Shown here one piece after another: positions 42,801 to 48,434 of a stretch of 49,175 nt of DNA; the stretch's first letter is position 1; each line of letters opens with the position of its first letter. The notes beneath the pieces are model-generated. The model did no database searches and had not been told where the DNA came from. It saw only the letters and a list, made by a program, of their open reading frames with translations. The position numbers were made by a program, and so were the translations under genes. Source of the DNA: a virus (lineage: Duplodnaviria; Caudoviricetes); IMG/VR virus record IMGVR_UViG_3300014208_000010, positions 1 through 49,175 of that record. One strand, 5' to 3'.

Positions 42801-44334
42801 CGCAACCAAAAGAGCAATGGACTCGTTCATACCAGAGGCATTACTCGCGGTACAGGCACACAAGGCACTCAAAGGCACTACTCCGAAAGGACTCTCTCTT
42901 GATCCAACAGTGGAGGGGTTTGTAAAACGTTTCTTGAATGACGCCAAAGGCAGAAAGATAGATTTTGTAACGGAACAGGGTTCAAAAAAAGATATTGCAC
43001 TCCGTACCGCAATTTCTCTCACTTCTTTGAAATATCTCGGTGGTAATGTTGCCTCCGCTATCGGAAATATGTTTGGCGACTTCGTTGCCATAGGGTGGGA
43101 GCTGAACGCAAAAGAAGTTACCGCAGGACTTGTACGCTCTATACAATTAAAACGAGCAAGCGAATTGAATAAACAGTTTGCGTATTTCACCGGAAGAAAT
43201 CCACTCTCGGAGGTTTTTGATACCGAAAACAATTTCCCGGCGCAAATTAAACAAGGGCTTATGGTTCTTATGGGTATGGCTTCATTCCAAAGTAGTAAAT
43301 TCTTCCTCCGTTCTAAATTGACAAACGCGGAATTTATGTCTGGGATTGTTTCAGATGAACGTTTGGCAGAAATCGCCAGCTCATTAAACCGCGTGAAGCC
43401 GAATAAGTTTTACATCAAATCTCTCGCCGGAAATACTACAATGGGTAGCGCGTTCTCTCAATTCGGTTCGTGGGCTATCGCAATGTCAAACGCTGTCGCA
43501 AGCGACGGTATGGAAGTAATAAAAATGGCAGGAAAAGGAGAATACAAAAAAGCGTTTACAAGCAGAGAAGCACAAAAACTCGCGAAGTTCACTGTCCTTG
43601 CCGGATTATTCCTATGGATCGCCTCCCTTGTGGACGTTGACGACGACGACTACTCTCTCGGAGGACGAACAATGAGAAGTATAAAAAACAACCTCTCAAC
43701 ACTCTTTCAGTCCCTCCAATTCGTTACCGACCCGACAAATTACTTTATGATAGTTCAAGAAGTCATAAACGTTTCAAATCTCTTTACTCAAATTCTCACA
43801 CAAGAAGAATACAAAAAAGACGGTATCGGATATGCAAAAGGCGACCCGAAATGGATAAATTCAGGAGAAAGGATTATAACGCCGTCCGTATTAAAGCAGT
43901 TTTTCCCGAAGACAAAAGAGGACAGCGAAACGAATGTCGTATCCGAAGCTATATCTTCTGGGAATTTCAACGCGCCGAATATCGTTGACGAACTCTACAA
44001 AACTGAAATCGCTGACAGAGCTGATGATGTCAAAAACCAAAAAGAATACCGCGATAGAAAAATTGGAGAAATCACCCGACTCTATTATGCGGAAAAAAAC
44101 TACAAAGACGACCCGGTACTTGATATAGTTATCAACACCCAGAGTACAGACGATACGGTGGATAAGATGATACAATTAGGTAAGACATTGGGGGAGAAAG
44201 AAGTTTACTTAAAATTAAGAAAACTGTACGGGGACAGAAAACTATGCTCAAATTCAACAAAGAAAACAGGGTGTTTTGTTTCCGGGAATTTAATTAAAGC
44301 TTATCAGATAGCTCGTAGAAAACAAAAAATATGA
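30802..44334 (+). CDS. Giant polyvalent (DarB-like) protein: wHTH, N4/N6 MTase, ParB-like, ART-like, N6 MTase, SNF2 helicase, LPD1/metallopeptidase
   Basis: FLDIPY and FDPFAGSG; DGHHRLQA; FYRG...WLTE; LEPSVGSG and GNPPY; EVGFGKT, DEIH, SAT, QVIGRGWR; HEFIH; YWSRPHELLARA; HELGH. Confidence 0.9.
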   Translation: MPIKWDNASTPVVPTSTNPTKKSGIVWDDTPKPVQAVTPPQPGILEKISGGYKAYADETRRLAGDIFAGSAQMASSVASGLEWLGFNPGGVVEKTRVTLDEMAKVNAPVDPTFVDNLAMGVGSFGAFFVPGVGIARTTLALTKVSPAIAMLFGNSASTALEAMSEAGSVYQSNLDQSGDVELANKMATRTFWGNAVLIGITNRFGLFNENLKGALKKAIFSAPVEGFQEAVQQVISNLATDRPIDEGVKDSFLIGAILGAGGGALEQVFAKPPLKPSETDAGKRAKEIIDAGGTPNEATLELSQTLTPEQAKNIVNSVVRDNLTPEDVNLTQNAPITTPTAETVVPSVETTPEAGKQAKTTLQDVFAKVDNTILNQTPANLQESFNKLDEEVNKRAEKAKAEMKLADENLKKAKPNTQEKKDAKLNLEKAKTKIREANGYVQKTMEAHAEAFRKFFSSHVKTLNKDLTDAQVNEIVSKLSDKITNVATYESVKNDNMAKVVKTLVDEINPPAKTTTKKAKVSTKVVEKKGKEPEFKVGDVLDPQGKTNMVGKVTISKIEGNTIKFTDENGTEFSGMQKSLVKTLVKEGSWKKGEAKKEAPEEKEIVRQVVKNGEYPKTPREFAKKYMRGYVLRGNTLAYLSEGYGGETGGGYSVGIGGYVNGKSIGNKKIAVTQFAGKDVAEIFSLKELYDEILKEKTTQKEEVKKVIEKKGKASIKEIAKETGIVEPNIRRILGVGAKDGTFERIAEGVYTITKDGEKMAYIIPGDALEVMPKLVAEGFKSDMVFLDIPYKTQAVTGGNRGVKYDLISVEQFGKVLDNVSEILRTEKSPIIHMFSQATSGLKEMQKYNDLFAEKGFVAVGRGGLTKLQQDGITEVRNMRGDVMKPEGILVLTKSGELNKELKNLNFKLVRPKGYATEKPAQMISDLIKMTTEEGDVVFDPFAGSGVVPHEAVKAGRKAVAIEKKTEQAKKIAERVQGNDILENLKDTFGNDTEQTLKELREKDYVLELKKTSSINDDMWAEHISEPSRKKIDKIKEEILAGKEMPPILLNTVGGMYDGHHRLQAFKELGVKEIKTLTELKKTKGVVPTGKIIDKLLTKIEKTFYRGGGMGSMPKTGTAQDVLDYERVELGNTDVVAEKGVDLSKIPAKNLVWLTETKESAKDYGKVEEVILNEGEYQIVARDSDGGVLIDKLLIKEDNKTNGKDTTNSPTGGNNVDENGVPEPLPVGGKEPGGAGVADTGNGKGVREQKPAKRSNDIGKRLGTRLTNEEIDAEVSKIAEIGTNGEVSITGEITDEILEIANQYRPGGETKSGRGILDEYYTASEVVDLTKSLLDFPVENMKVLEPSVGSGNFLYALPETGTHDIRSYEINPITAKIAKIFHNDARVFNTSFETNFVDERGNKKSFDTDYDLVIGNPPYGEHRGQYLGLGEEKGIKKYEDYFVKRGLDVLKEGGTLAFVLPSSFMDRATVKNAVLKNAFRLPEGAFSGTSIGTDIVILTKKTGAETNLTKHFEENPSTVLGEEKTRKNRFGKTETFVSGTLEDAITNFYLAKDTLEAVKILTDNKIPVTEESIAEQEKSVEEAGEKGAEKLAKEETHAKKVGKKTIEKKITKVSTTKGKTVSLSEQFVNLTEEETTDWLATGSDGALKDGSDTSRANFYDGKYYIDFNYLQGDIYEKLDQLEKDKATIGDNQYNTQKAKLLSLIPSKESIGDIKLSPNIGFVKNLKTNGEDTLQSDFLKWLGTVPRNSFGDSSTWEIRAYTKDESVTGSDKDLNERVRVRRKKMADSLFEKYLNSELTDYQKSLVAEEYNKTFNFYHSPDYSKVPIFADVFSEYKNGQPLTLNDAQRAGIGRLVNMGIGIIAHEVGFGKTLTGILATYETMQRGWAQKPLIVCPSDNVYNQWKNDIETLIPNAKLNLLGNLGASFKGDLSSLKIEPGTFTLVTYEGLKKLSFKNETYKKMSEKFSYVSDDLTKHKTARDAEKAKAKGEETSGTMKKGTRADLFFEDLGFDLMTFDEIHNANHIVSKVKLAKGQASEYSRFGLRASDLGMKTWLASQYIQDKTNGRNVYLLSATPFTNHPLEYYSIFSLVADKSLKKMGLLNVNDFFGTFMDAEHDYEFKADGTYQKKTDIRKFKNYRQFSKLRDTYIDIKQDSPEIVRPTRVQKTYEIPQNDLTKELNAKAQEIFKENEKEAGKGAKTLRAITELRKISFSPYVSKFGSELPTPSNKMFVENSPKLATVMGIIKQNKADKPEAGQIIYSEVGVESFPILKEYLVKEIGYKANEVEIISGGTPKPRRLDIQEKYNAGDVKIIIGSEAISEGMNLQRNTTDMHLLSLPWNFTALRQVIGRGWRQGNMWANVRINQYFIRNSVDVFLSQKLDNKQKRYEQSIASNANEVDVGDVSYNDMKFDLVQDPKERAKLEISAEKDRVENEIKQAKAELSFATRKLDKIQEMDDKLKTEKAQLVAELAGDKNEYWLERHEQNIKKYTDERIIELENLSKKGINVKTLLETKEKGELEITKLEEKLKTIETSFDERVKTLTEQMPPEENFSHDMIAQFMADRAEENKTFYTKKIEEKKETIAVAPRTKEEKKVGKKVAVTKKTAPRVERTGTQDKRVLDILAKSDITVEQKVNEILNEKQTGKEFKDTGVRVAGSKKERATINTVLENADIATIAEMVKSLGADTIAETLHKDEILEKAIKPDVEADKKAGVPAYITGWKIKVLNSIGRTPTIVTKRTKYNSRQEVPTDSLVPFLTNYPKYLQMFTKDLADIKNMEGVNAFEAKYRWNFVNNESQSMLVNIGVLGKAIKKVIQDGTNIGRAIANVQDQLGIIANPGRKSEYSERYYGLDYSSTGYYATKEEAIAKTEEYKEDRIKDLNDTLDLYNNNYDHWLPKKKAIEQKSDDSHANFKPLDKVERSEPDIADEKINPETLMKENGFRSVQLGNYMDDATAKEHLRYTIGAVQDMSKLLGVDFPKLINKKGLSIAFGARGGGRFNAHYEPSHNIINLTKGRGDGSFFHEFIHFLDEKSNSAGYRGTLSSKKDRWYRSNPLDMDSAELMSALTGKRINKVKEFTPREDPYILDRPEDPVMVMRANGKTFEEAIAWAKGATYPGSKFQDIADVYRKNVKEEAKVYNEKTAFYDGAVLLGGGSQESYWSRPHELLARAGQAYIEDKMIEAGMKNNYLTRTTLSEGETSYDKFIKNAYPQGDERKIFKNLFDKVFEDIAKDYPFKDYNIGDARFKFVDKVLDVIAPYQTEKATVGVNDAMWYLNDARKRLGIDFDTYLVSSILGTKTDMTTKMSKEIEAWGVTYDNSIALVRQMATYTAPHELGHLVLANIEKIGVFKRAGLTREKLLKAQAEKMGIVWNKQTDKEIEEQIMLNFEKYLDNKYNQGGIIKKYFNLLKIQLVKFAKAIIGTKGDIVKDFYDLLDEGRTNDEEMERIENSGIIEAFMSENDTDVLEGDKVEEFASMKFKEKPKDARLQKISIKYNDLVKKQVEIEQGIETWKKDLEINIAKAEQTAEVVNEAPENVKDLSRFTNRKAPPVGQLTDRGEAMVEELGFANKELAQAEIHDYLQTKNELVTTRAKLRELRRAISEARTTKKADKTVLRDLERRLKLRKRYLEQKDIAVKIGVNKGKKQQMRMIWKRGRVLSAMQDAFTLGDKKAKEIIGGRKIHLMSEWEFNNFLSEFASKAEIISNTLSAQDELKSYIAEMEFKKEDNLRKALGLPTNEKMNESQAKQYLDALSKYQFGDTFLTKRELETVHRTDWGKMETERELLAKMKTHIGVGKEEMMTLEAPQDKGKYTSWIRLARQHPFYNWLIQKRIIAKIQAEREFFAIEKEVNKLATSARNSRTRGVGDVLVPTDDIVFGYLEAEDKEAYATKEKMTQAEKDFASYLITQYFNAYEYLNSEYGMKGRKNYMVHTRRDFWEALKEGGVMSALRETMTAQKEEEAGFKILDEQTGDVLAFEKFFGNMMHRTGGIVPSKNVAKASLQYFKALATKRAMDSFIPEALLAVQAHKALKGTTPKGLSLDPTVEGFVKRFLNDAKGRKIDFVTEQGSKKDIALRTAISLTSLKYLGGNVASAIGNMFGDFVAIGWELNAKEVTAGLVRSIQLKRASELNKQFAYFTGRNPLSEVFDTENNFPAQIKQGLMVLMGMASFQSSKFFLRSKLTNAEFMSGIVSDERLAEIASSLNRVKPNKFYIKSLAGNTTMGSAFSQFGSWAIAMSNAVASDGMEVIKMAGKGEYKKAFTSREAQKLAKFTVLAGLFLWIASLVDVDDDDYSLGGRTMRSIKNNLSTLFQSLQFVTDPTNYFMIVQEVINVSNLFTQILTQEEYKKDGIGYAKGDPKWINSGERIITPSVLKQFFPKTKEDSETNVVSEAISSGNFNAPNIVDELYKTEIADRADDVKNQKEYRDRKIGEITRLYYAEKNYKDDPVLDIVINTQSTDDTVDKMIQLGKTLGEKEVYLKLRKLYGDRKLCSNSTKKTGCFVSGNLIKAYQIARRKQKI

Positions 44335-45479
44335 AAGACAAAACAATTCGTATCTTAATCGTGAAGAACAATTTGAGTGTGGACATCTCGTCCGAACTCA
44401 ATAGGTGGAAAGAGTATGAACTAAAATACTCCGGCTTGGAATTGGATTTTAAGGTGGTGGAAACCTCAATCCCTCTCAAACATAAATCGTTTGGGATATA
44501 CACGATGTTGGAGGGTGCGAAGACCGACATGTATGGTTTGGACGGAGTAAAGGATCAGTTGAGAAAACTCGGAACAGTACCGGAGTTCATATATCATGCG
44601 GTTTTCTTTATCTACAACATTGAACAAACAGAGTTTTTCCGAAGCAAATCAACACAGAGTTTGGGAGCGTGGACATATTTTCAAGAATACAGCCCGGGAA
44701 CTATCTTTGTGGAACTTCCCTCTTTCCCGATTTTGACGAATGACCTTTTGAGAATTTTGACGCATGAAATCAGACACGTATTTGTTGCACGACTTCGCCG
44801 ACTTGGTATTCCTGTATTGGATTACATGGACTCCACCCCGAAAATGACAGACTGCGCGACCGGACAGGTTTCTCCGACAGGAAAGTGTTTGAAATGGTTT
44901 CCTTATTATAAGGAATATGATATTTACGCGTTGGACGGAAACAGAGCAATGGAAAACAGCCTACTCTTTTCTCTCTTTGATCGCGTACCGGAACAGCCGG
45001 AACTTGATACATTTATTACTCAATTAAAAAATAAAATCATGGCTCTACAAGAAAAACTCTTTGGGAAACCTGTTACGGCAGGTATCACGAAGTGGGCGGA
45101 AGCGATCAAACAACATGAGGGTTGGTTCATCGGATCGCGTTCGTACCGAAACAACAATCCCGGAAATTTCAAATTCTCTCCGGTTGGGTATCGTTCCATT
45201 TACGGAACAGTTGGAAAAGACGACAAAGGTTTTGCTATCTTCCCAACTTACGAACTCGGTTGGACGTATCTTGTGAACTCTCTTAAAAATCAGTGCTTGG
45301 GAAAAAGCGAGGGATATTTTTCAGGAATGACTTTACAAGCGTGGGCAAAAAGGTATTGTGAAGACGACAAGAACACCCCGGAAGACGACCAGAAAGTATA
45401 CGCCGATGTAATCTCCAAAGCTATTGGAAATGGGGTTACTCCGTACACCTCAATTATTAACATTTATAACATTGTATGA
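44331..45479 (+). CDS. Putative lysin: HEXXH zinc peptidase plus lysozyme-like domain
   Basis: LTHEIRHVF; WAEAIKQHEG...RNNNPGNFK...GFAIFPT. Confidence 0.7.
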   Translation: MKDKTIRILIVKNNLSVDISSELNRWKEYELKYSGLELDFKVVETSIPLKHKSFGIYTMLEGAKTDMYGLDGVKDQLRKLGTVPEFIYHAVFFIYNIEQTEFFRSKSTQSLGAWTYFQEYSPGTIFVELPSFPILTNDLLRILTHEIRHVFVARLRRLGIPVLDYMDSTPKMTDCATGQVSPTGKCLKWFPYYKEYDIYALDGNRAMENSLLFSLFDRVPEQPELDTFITQLKNKIMALQEKLFGKPVTAGITKWAEAIKQHEGWFIGSRSYRNNNPGNFKFSPVGYRSIYGTVGKDDKGFAIFPTYELGWTYLVNSLKNQCLGKSEGYFSGMTLQAWAKRYCEDDKNTPEDDQKVYADVISKAIGNGVTPYTSIINIYNIV

Positions 45480-45799
45480 AAAACTTTTTTAATCTCGTAG
45501 GGCAATGGATAAAGGACGTTTTAGTCATTGCTTGGAAGTGGGTTGTTTGGTCTTCGGCTGATCCAGCCAAAACCTCTCTTACCATTAAAGCGTTGCTCGT
45601 GAGTGGAGTAACTTATCTGACGGTGGTGTTTCAATTTGCAAACATCAATATGGGAAGTTTTGAAATGAATGTCTTAATAGACGGTATCGTGTCGTTCATT
45701 CAAGCGATCCTCATGGTGGTTTCAACCGCCACCGCGTTGTTCGGACTTCTCCGAAAGTCCTACAAAACAATCAAAGGAGAAAATCCGGTAATACAATAA
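45476..45799 (+). CDS. Putative holin
   Basis: Two TM segments; SSADPAKTSLTIKA motif; basic C-terminus; adjacent to the lysin. Confidence 0.7.
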   Translation: MKNFFNLVGQWIKDVLVIAWKWVVWSSADPAKTSLTIKALLVSGVTYLTVVFQFANINMGSFEMNVLIDGIVSFIQAILMVVSTATALFGLLRKSYKTIKGENPVIQ

Positions 45800-45883
45800 T
45801 TATCCACCATTTACCCGACATCAGGAAAATGGTATCATAGAACTTTAAGGTGGATACACCTATTATTAACTAACGACAAAATT

Positions 45884-46204
45884 ATGAAAAAATTTGTTGT
45901 AAAAGGGTATGACGCGACAGTGGAGAACGTAGATATTTTAGGAGAAGTAAGAAAGGTCGGTGATATCGTAGAACTCACTGACGAGCAAGCTCTCTCTTTG
46001 GTTCAGTCCGGGAAACTGGAAGAAGTCAAAGAAGAAACCGTGGAAGCCGGAAATGTTGCCGGAGAGCTTAAACCGGAAGCCGGTGAAGCCGGACAGGTTA
46101 TCACTCCGTCCGAAGTCAAACCGGAAACAGCAGAACAGGAAAAAGGTGATGAGGGAACTGACGAGTCAAACGCCGAAGTTGACCAAACGAAGCAGGGAGA
46201 ATAA
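45884..46204 (+). CDS. Acidic hypothetical protein
   Basis: KVGDIVELTDEQALSLV domain plus acidic tail. Confidence 0.65.
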   Translation: MKKFVVKGYDATVENVDILGEVRKVGDIVELTDEQALSLVQSGKLEEVKEETVEAGNVAGELKPEAGEAGQVITPSEVKPETAEQEKGDEGTDESNAEVDQTKQGE

Positions 46205-46251
46205 AATAAATACATGGGCTTTGCCCCGTGATCGTACAGCGATCTCTTTCG

Positions 46252-46285
46252 CAAAAATATCCCCACTCGGGGGTATTTTTGTTTT
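46252..46285 (+). terminator. Rho-independent terminator
   Basis: CAAAAATATCCCC-ACTC-GGGGGTATTTTTG followed by a T-run. Confidence 0.7.
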
Positions 46286-46307
46286 CTATATGTGGTATAA
46301 TATATTC

Positions 46308-46436
46308 ATGTCATTCCTCGCAATTATACATTTATTTTTTGGACACCCAAAAGTTGACTGTGTTCGCTTGCTGGATCGTCCGTGCGTGAAATGTAAATGC
46401 GGAGAAACTATTTGCCATTCTGATTTTTATTTATGA
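46308..46436 (+). CDS. Small Cys-rich leaderless protein (42 aa)
   Basis: TGGTATAAT 46293-46301 ends 6 nt before the ATG; FFGH...CVKCKCG. Confidence 0.55.
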   Translation: MSFLAIIHLFFGHPKVDCVRLLDRPCVKCKCGETICHSDFYL

Positions 46437-46843
46437 TCACACTTGAAAGTACAAAATCCGAAATAGACGACGCTCTTTGGGACGCTGTTTCAATTTACTA
46501 TCGTATGCTCTATACGGACGATAAAGGATATGGAAGATGTTATACTTGCGGAAAGGTTATCCATTATAAAAAATGCGATTTAGGACACTGGTTGAGCCGT
46601 GCATACAAGGCGATCAAGTTTAATCCAAAACACCTTCGTACCCAATGCAAACAGTGTAATGGATACGGCAACGGACGACCCGATGTGTTCCGGGATAACC
46701 TTGTAGATGAAATAGGAGAGGAGGAAGTGAACTGGCTGAACACTCACAAAAACGATCCACACCCGACAAAAGAATTTATGTTTTCGGAACTTCAAAGATA
46801 TAAACAGTTGACTAAAAATCTTCCATTGAAAGCTCTTGAATAA
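46433..46843 (+). CDS. ninG: NinG/Rap-family nuclease
   Basis: CYTCGK...CDLGHWLSR...QCKQCN.YGNG. Confidence 0.85.
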   Translation: MITLESTKSEIDDALWDAVSIYYRMLYTDDKGYGRCYTCGKVIHYKKCDLGHWLSRAYKAIKFNPKHLRTQCKQCNGYGNGRPDVFRDNLVDEIGEEEVNWLNTHKNDPHPTKEFMFSELQRYKQLTKNLPLKALE

Positions 46844-46854
46844 AAAGGTATAAT
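46826..46854 (+). promoter_or_regulatory. Sigma70 promoter of an ORF-less transcript
   Basis: TTGAAA 46826-46831, 17 bp, TATAAT 46849-46854. Confidence 0.7.
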
Positions 46855-46860
46855 ACAAGT

Positions 46861-46943
46861 GAGGGTATTCCACTTCCCTCTCTCGTAATGGTATTCCCCG
46901 ATACTCATTACAAAAACAACCGCGCTCGCGGTTGTTTTGCTTT
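46861..46943 (+). ncRNA. Candidate standalone sRNA (two hairpins plus terminator)
   Basis: GAGGG/CCCTC; GTAATG/CATTAC; terminator AAAACAACCGCG/CGCGGTTGTTTT. Confidence 0.6.
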
Positions 46944-46996
46944 CCACAAGTTATCCACATATTTGTTTTGCGTGTCTACTACTCTTGGGGTATACT
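46940..46996 (+). promoter_or_regulatory. Tandem DnaA boxes plus promoter of the replication operon
   Basis: CTTTCCACA 46940-46948; TTATCCACA 46951-46959; TTGCGT 46968-46973, 17 bp, TATACT 46991-46996. Confidence 0.72.
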
Positions 46997-47002
46997 AAAA
47001 TA

Positions 47003-47084
47003 GTTGAGAAAGGAGTCGGTATTTTTAATACCAAAATACCCCACGCCGACACTTTCTCAACAATCGTGTTTGTGGGGTATTTTG
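47003..47084 (+). ncRNA. Pseudoknot or alternative-structure leader of the replication initiator
   Basis: Stem GTTGAGAAAG..GTCGG/CCGAC.CTTTCTCAAC; loop CAAAATACCCCAC is perfectly complementary to GTGGGGTATTTTG at 47072-47084. Confidence 0.65.
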
Positions 47085-47107
47085 TATAATTAAACATTAA
47101 CAATTTT

Positions 47108-47830
47108 ATGGCAAACAGAAGAATGTTCTCCAAGACGATAACAAATTCCTCAAACTTTTTGATGATGCCGTTGTCTTCACAAGGACTTTATTTTCATCTT
47201 GGAATGAACGCGGACGACGACGGATTTTGTGAACACTTCGCTATTATGAGAATGGTGGAAGCAAAGCCGGACGACTTGAAAATTTTACAAGCAAAGGGGT
47301 TTATTCAGATATTTGACGAGAGGGTACTCGTGATACGCGACTGGACGGAAAACAACTACCTCCGAAACGACCGATACACACCTAGTAAATATCTTGCTAT
47401 ATATAAGGACGAAATAAAGCGGTTGACATCTGGTATACCACCGGTAGACACAGGTAAGGATAGGATAGGTAAGGATAGGATAGGACAACCTACGGGGCAA
47501 GCCCCGATAGTGGACACTCCGAAAGAAAAAAAGAAGTTTACGACACTCGGAGCAGACCTCTTAAAAGAATTTGAAAACGTTGATGTTAAGAACGGACGAT
47601 ATTACGGAGTTCCGGCGCAACGCTTGGCTTGTGATTGGCTCATTGAGCAGTATGGTTTTGAACTCGTTAAGAAAGTTATAAACGCACTTCCCTCATTAAA
47701 CAAAATGCCGTACTTTTCAAAAGCATACACACCGTGCCAACTCCGCGACAAATGGACAGCAATACGCGACTTCATTGTTCAAGAGCAAACACTACGAAAT
47801 AAAGAAAAAGATAAATATAAAGTTATATGA
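47108..47830 (+). CDS. Phage replisome organizer / replication initiator
   Basis: MANRRMFSKTI..S..FL.MP.S.Q.LYFHLGM.ADDDGF N-terminus. Confidence 0.88.
   Translation: MANRRMFSKTITNSSNFLMMPLSSQGLYFHLGMNADDDGFCEHFAIMRMVEAKPDDLKILQAKGFIQIFDERVLVIRDWTENNYLRNDRYTPSKYLAIYKDEIKRLTSGIPPVDTGKDRIGKDRIGQPTGQAPIVDTPKEKKKFTTLGADLLKEFENVDVKNGRYYGVPAQRLACDWLIEQYGFELVKKVINALPSLNKMPYFSKAYTPCQLRDKWTAIRDFIVQEQTLRNKEKDKYKVI
47453..47484 (+). repeat. Tandem repeat in the initiator linker (possible origin iterons)
   Basis: GGTAAGGATAGGATA x2, encoding GKDRIGKDRIG. Confidence 0.5.
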
Positions 47831-48219
47831 AATATGTAAAAATTATCACTGGTTTCCGGGACGACCAATTCAAACTTATCCCGGCGGAAGAAGCACACAA
47901 AGCGTACTATCTTTTTACTCACCCAAACGAGCGTACTGTATTCTCAAACGGCGTGATGTTGGTTGGTTCGGAGATTAGAGATGTTCAACCTGATATTAAC
48001 GGACTTATGGGTTGGAAAGAAAACTACCACCCTACCGCCGAAGATATGGGGTACGTTCCAAAAAGTTTTATAAAAGAAGCCCGCGCATTTCTTCTCGGGG
48101 CAAAAGACATATCATATCTCGCAGAAAACAATAACGAATTTTTGCGATTAACAATAACCGAAAGCCGACAAAAGATTTTCTTATTAGATGTTCAAAAAGA
48201 TACACCACAAATTTTATGA
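47827..48219 (+). CDS. Hypothetical protein
   Basis: ATGA-coupled to the initiator. Confidence 0.65.
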   Translation: MKYVKIITGFRDDQFKLIPAEEAHKAYYLFTHPNERTVFSNGVMLVGSEIRDVQPDINGLMGWKENYHPTAEDMGYVPKSFIKEARAFLLGAKDISYLAENNNEFLRLTITESRQKIFLLDVQKDTPQIL

Positions 48220-48434
48220 ACAATAAAAACAACTTAAAAATTGGAGATAAGATAATGGTAGAGCAAGCGTGGGAAGATGAAGCCGGAAATTACCACGACG
48301 AGGTTGCGGAAATTAAAAACATAGACTCGGACGGACAAATGCGACTTGATTTTCTTGAAGCAACAAAAGAGGTAAAAGAATTTCTTTCTCACACTGACGG
48401 ATATTACGCTAATGATTTTACAAAAGAACTATGA
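48216..48434 (+). CDS. Hypothetical SH3-like protein
   Basis: LKIGDKIMV start; coupled to neighbours. Confidence 0.6.
   Translation: MNNKNNLKIGDKIMVEQAWEDEAGNYHDEVAEIKNIDSDGQMRLDFLEATKEVKEFLSHTDGYYANDFTKEL

Noticed and set aside
854-44530. Many minus-strand ORFs in the ORF track (F/S/L-rich)
   Set aside because: They are antisense shadows of K/E-rich plus-strand genes with no motifs; only 17795-18196 is credible
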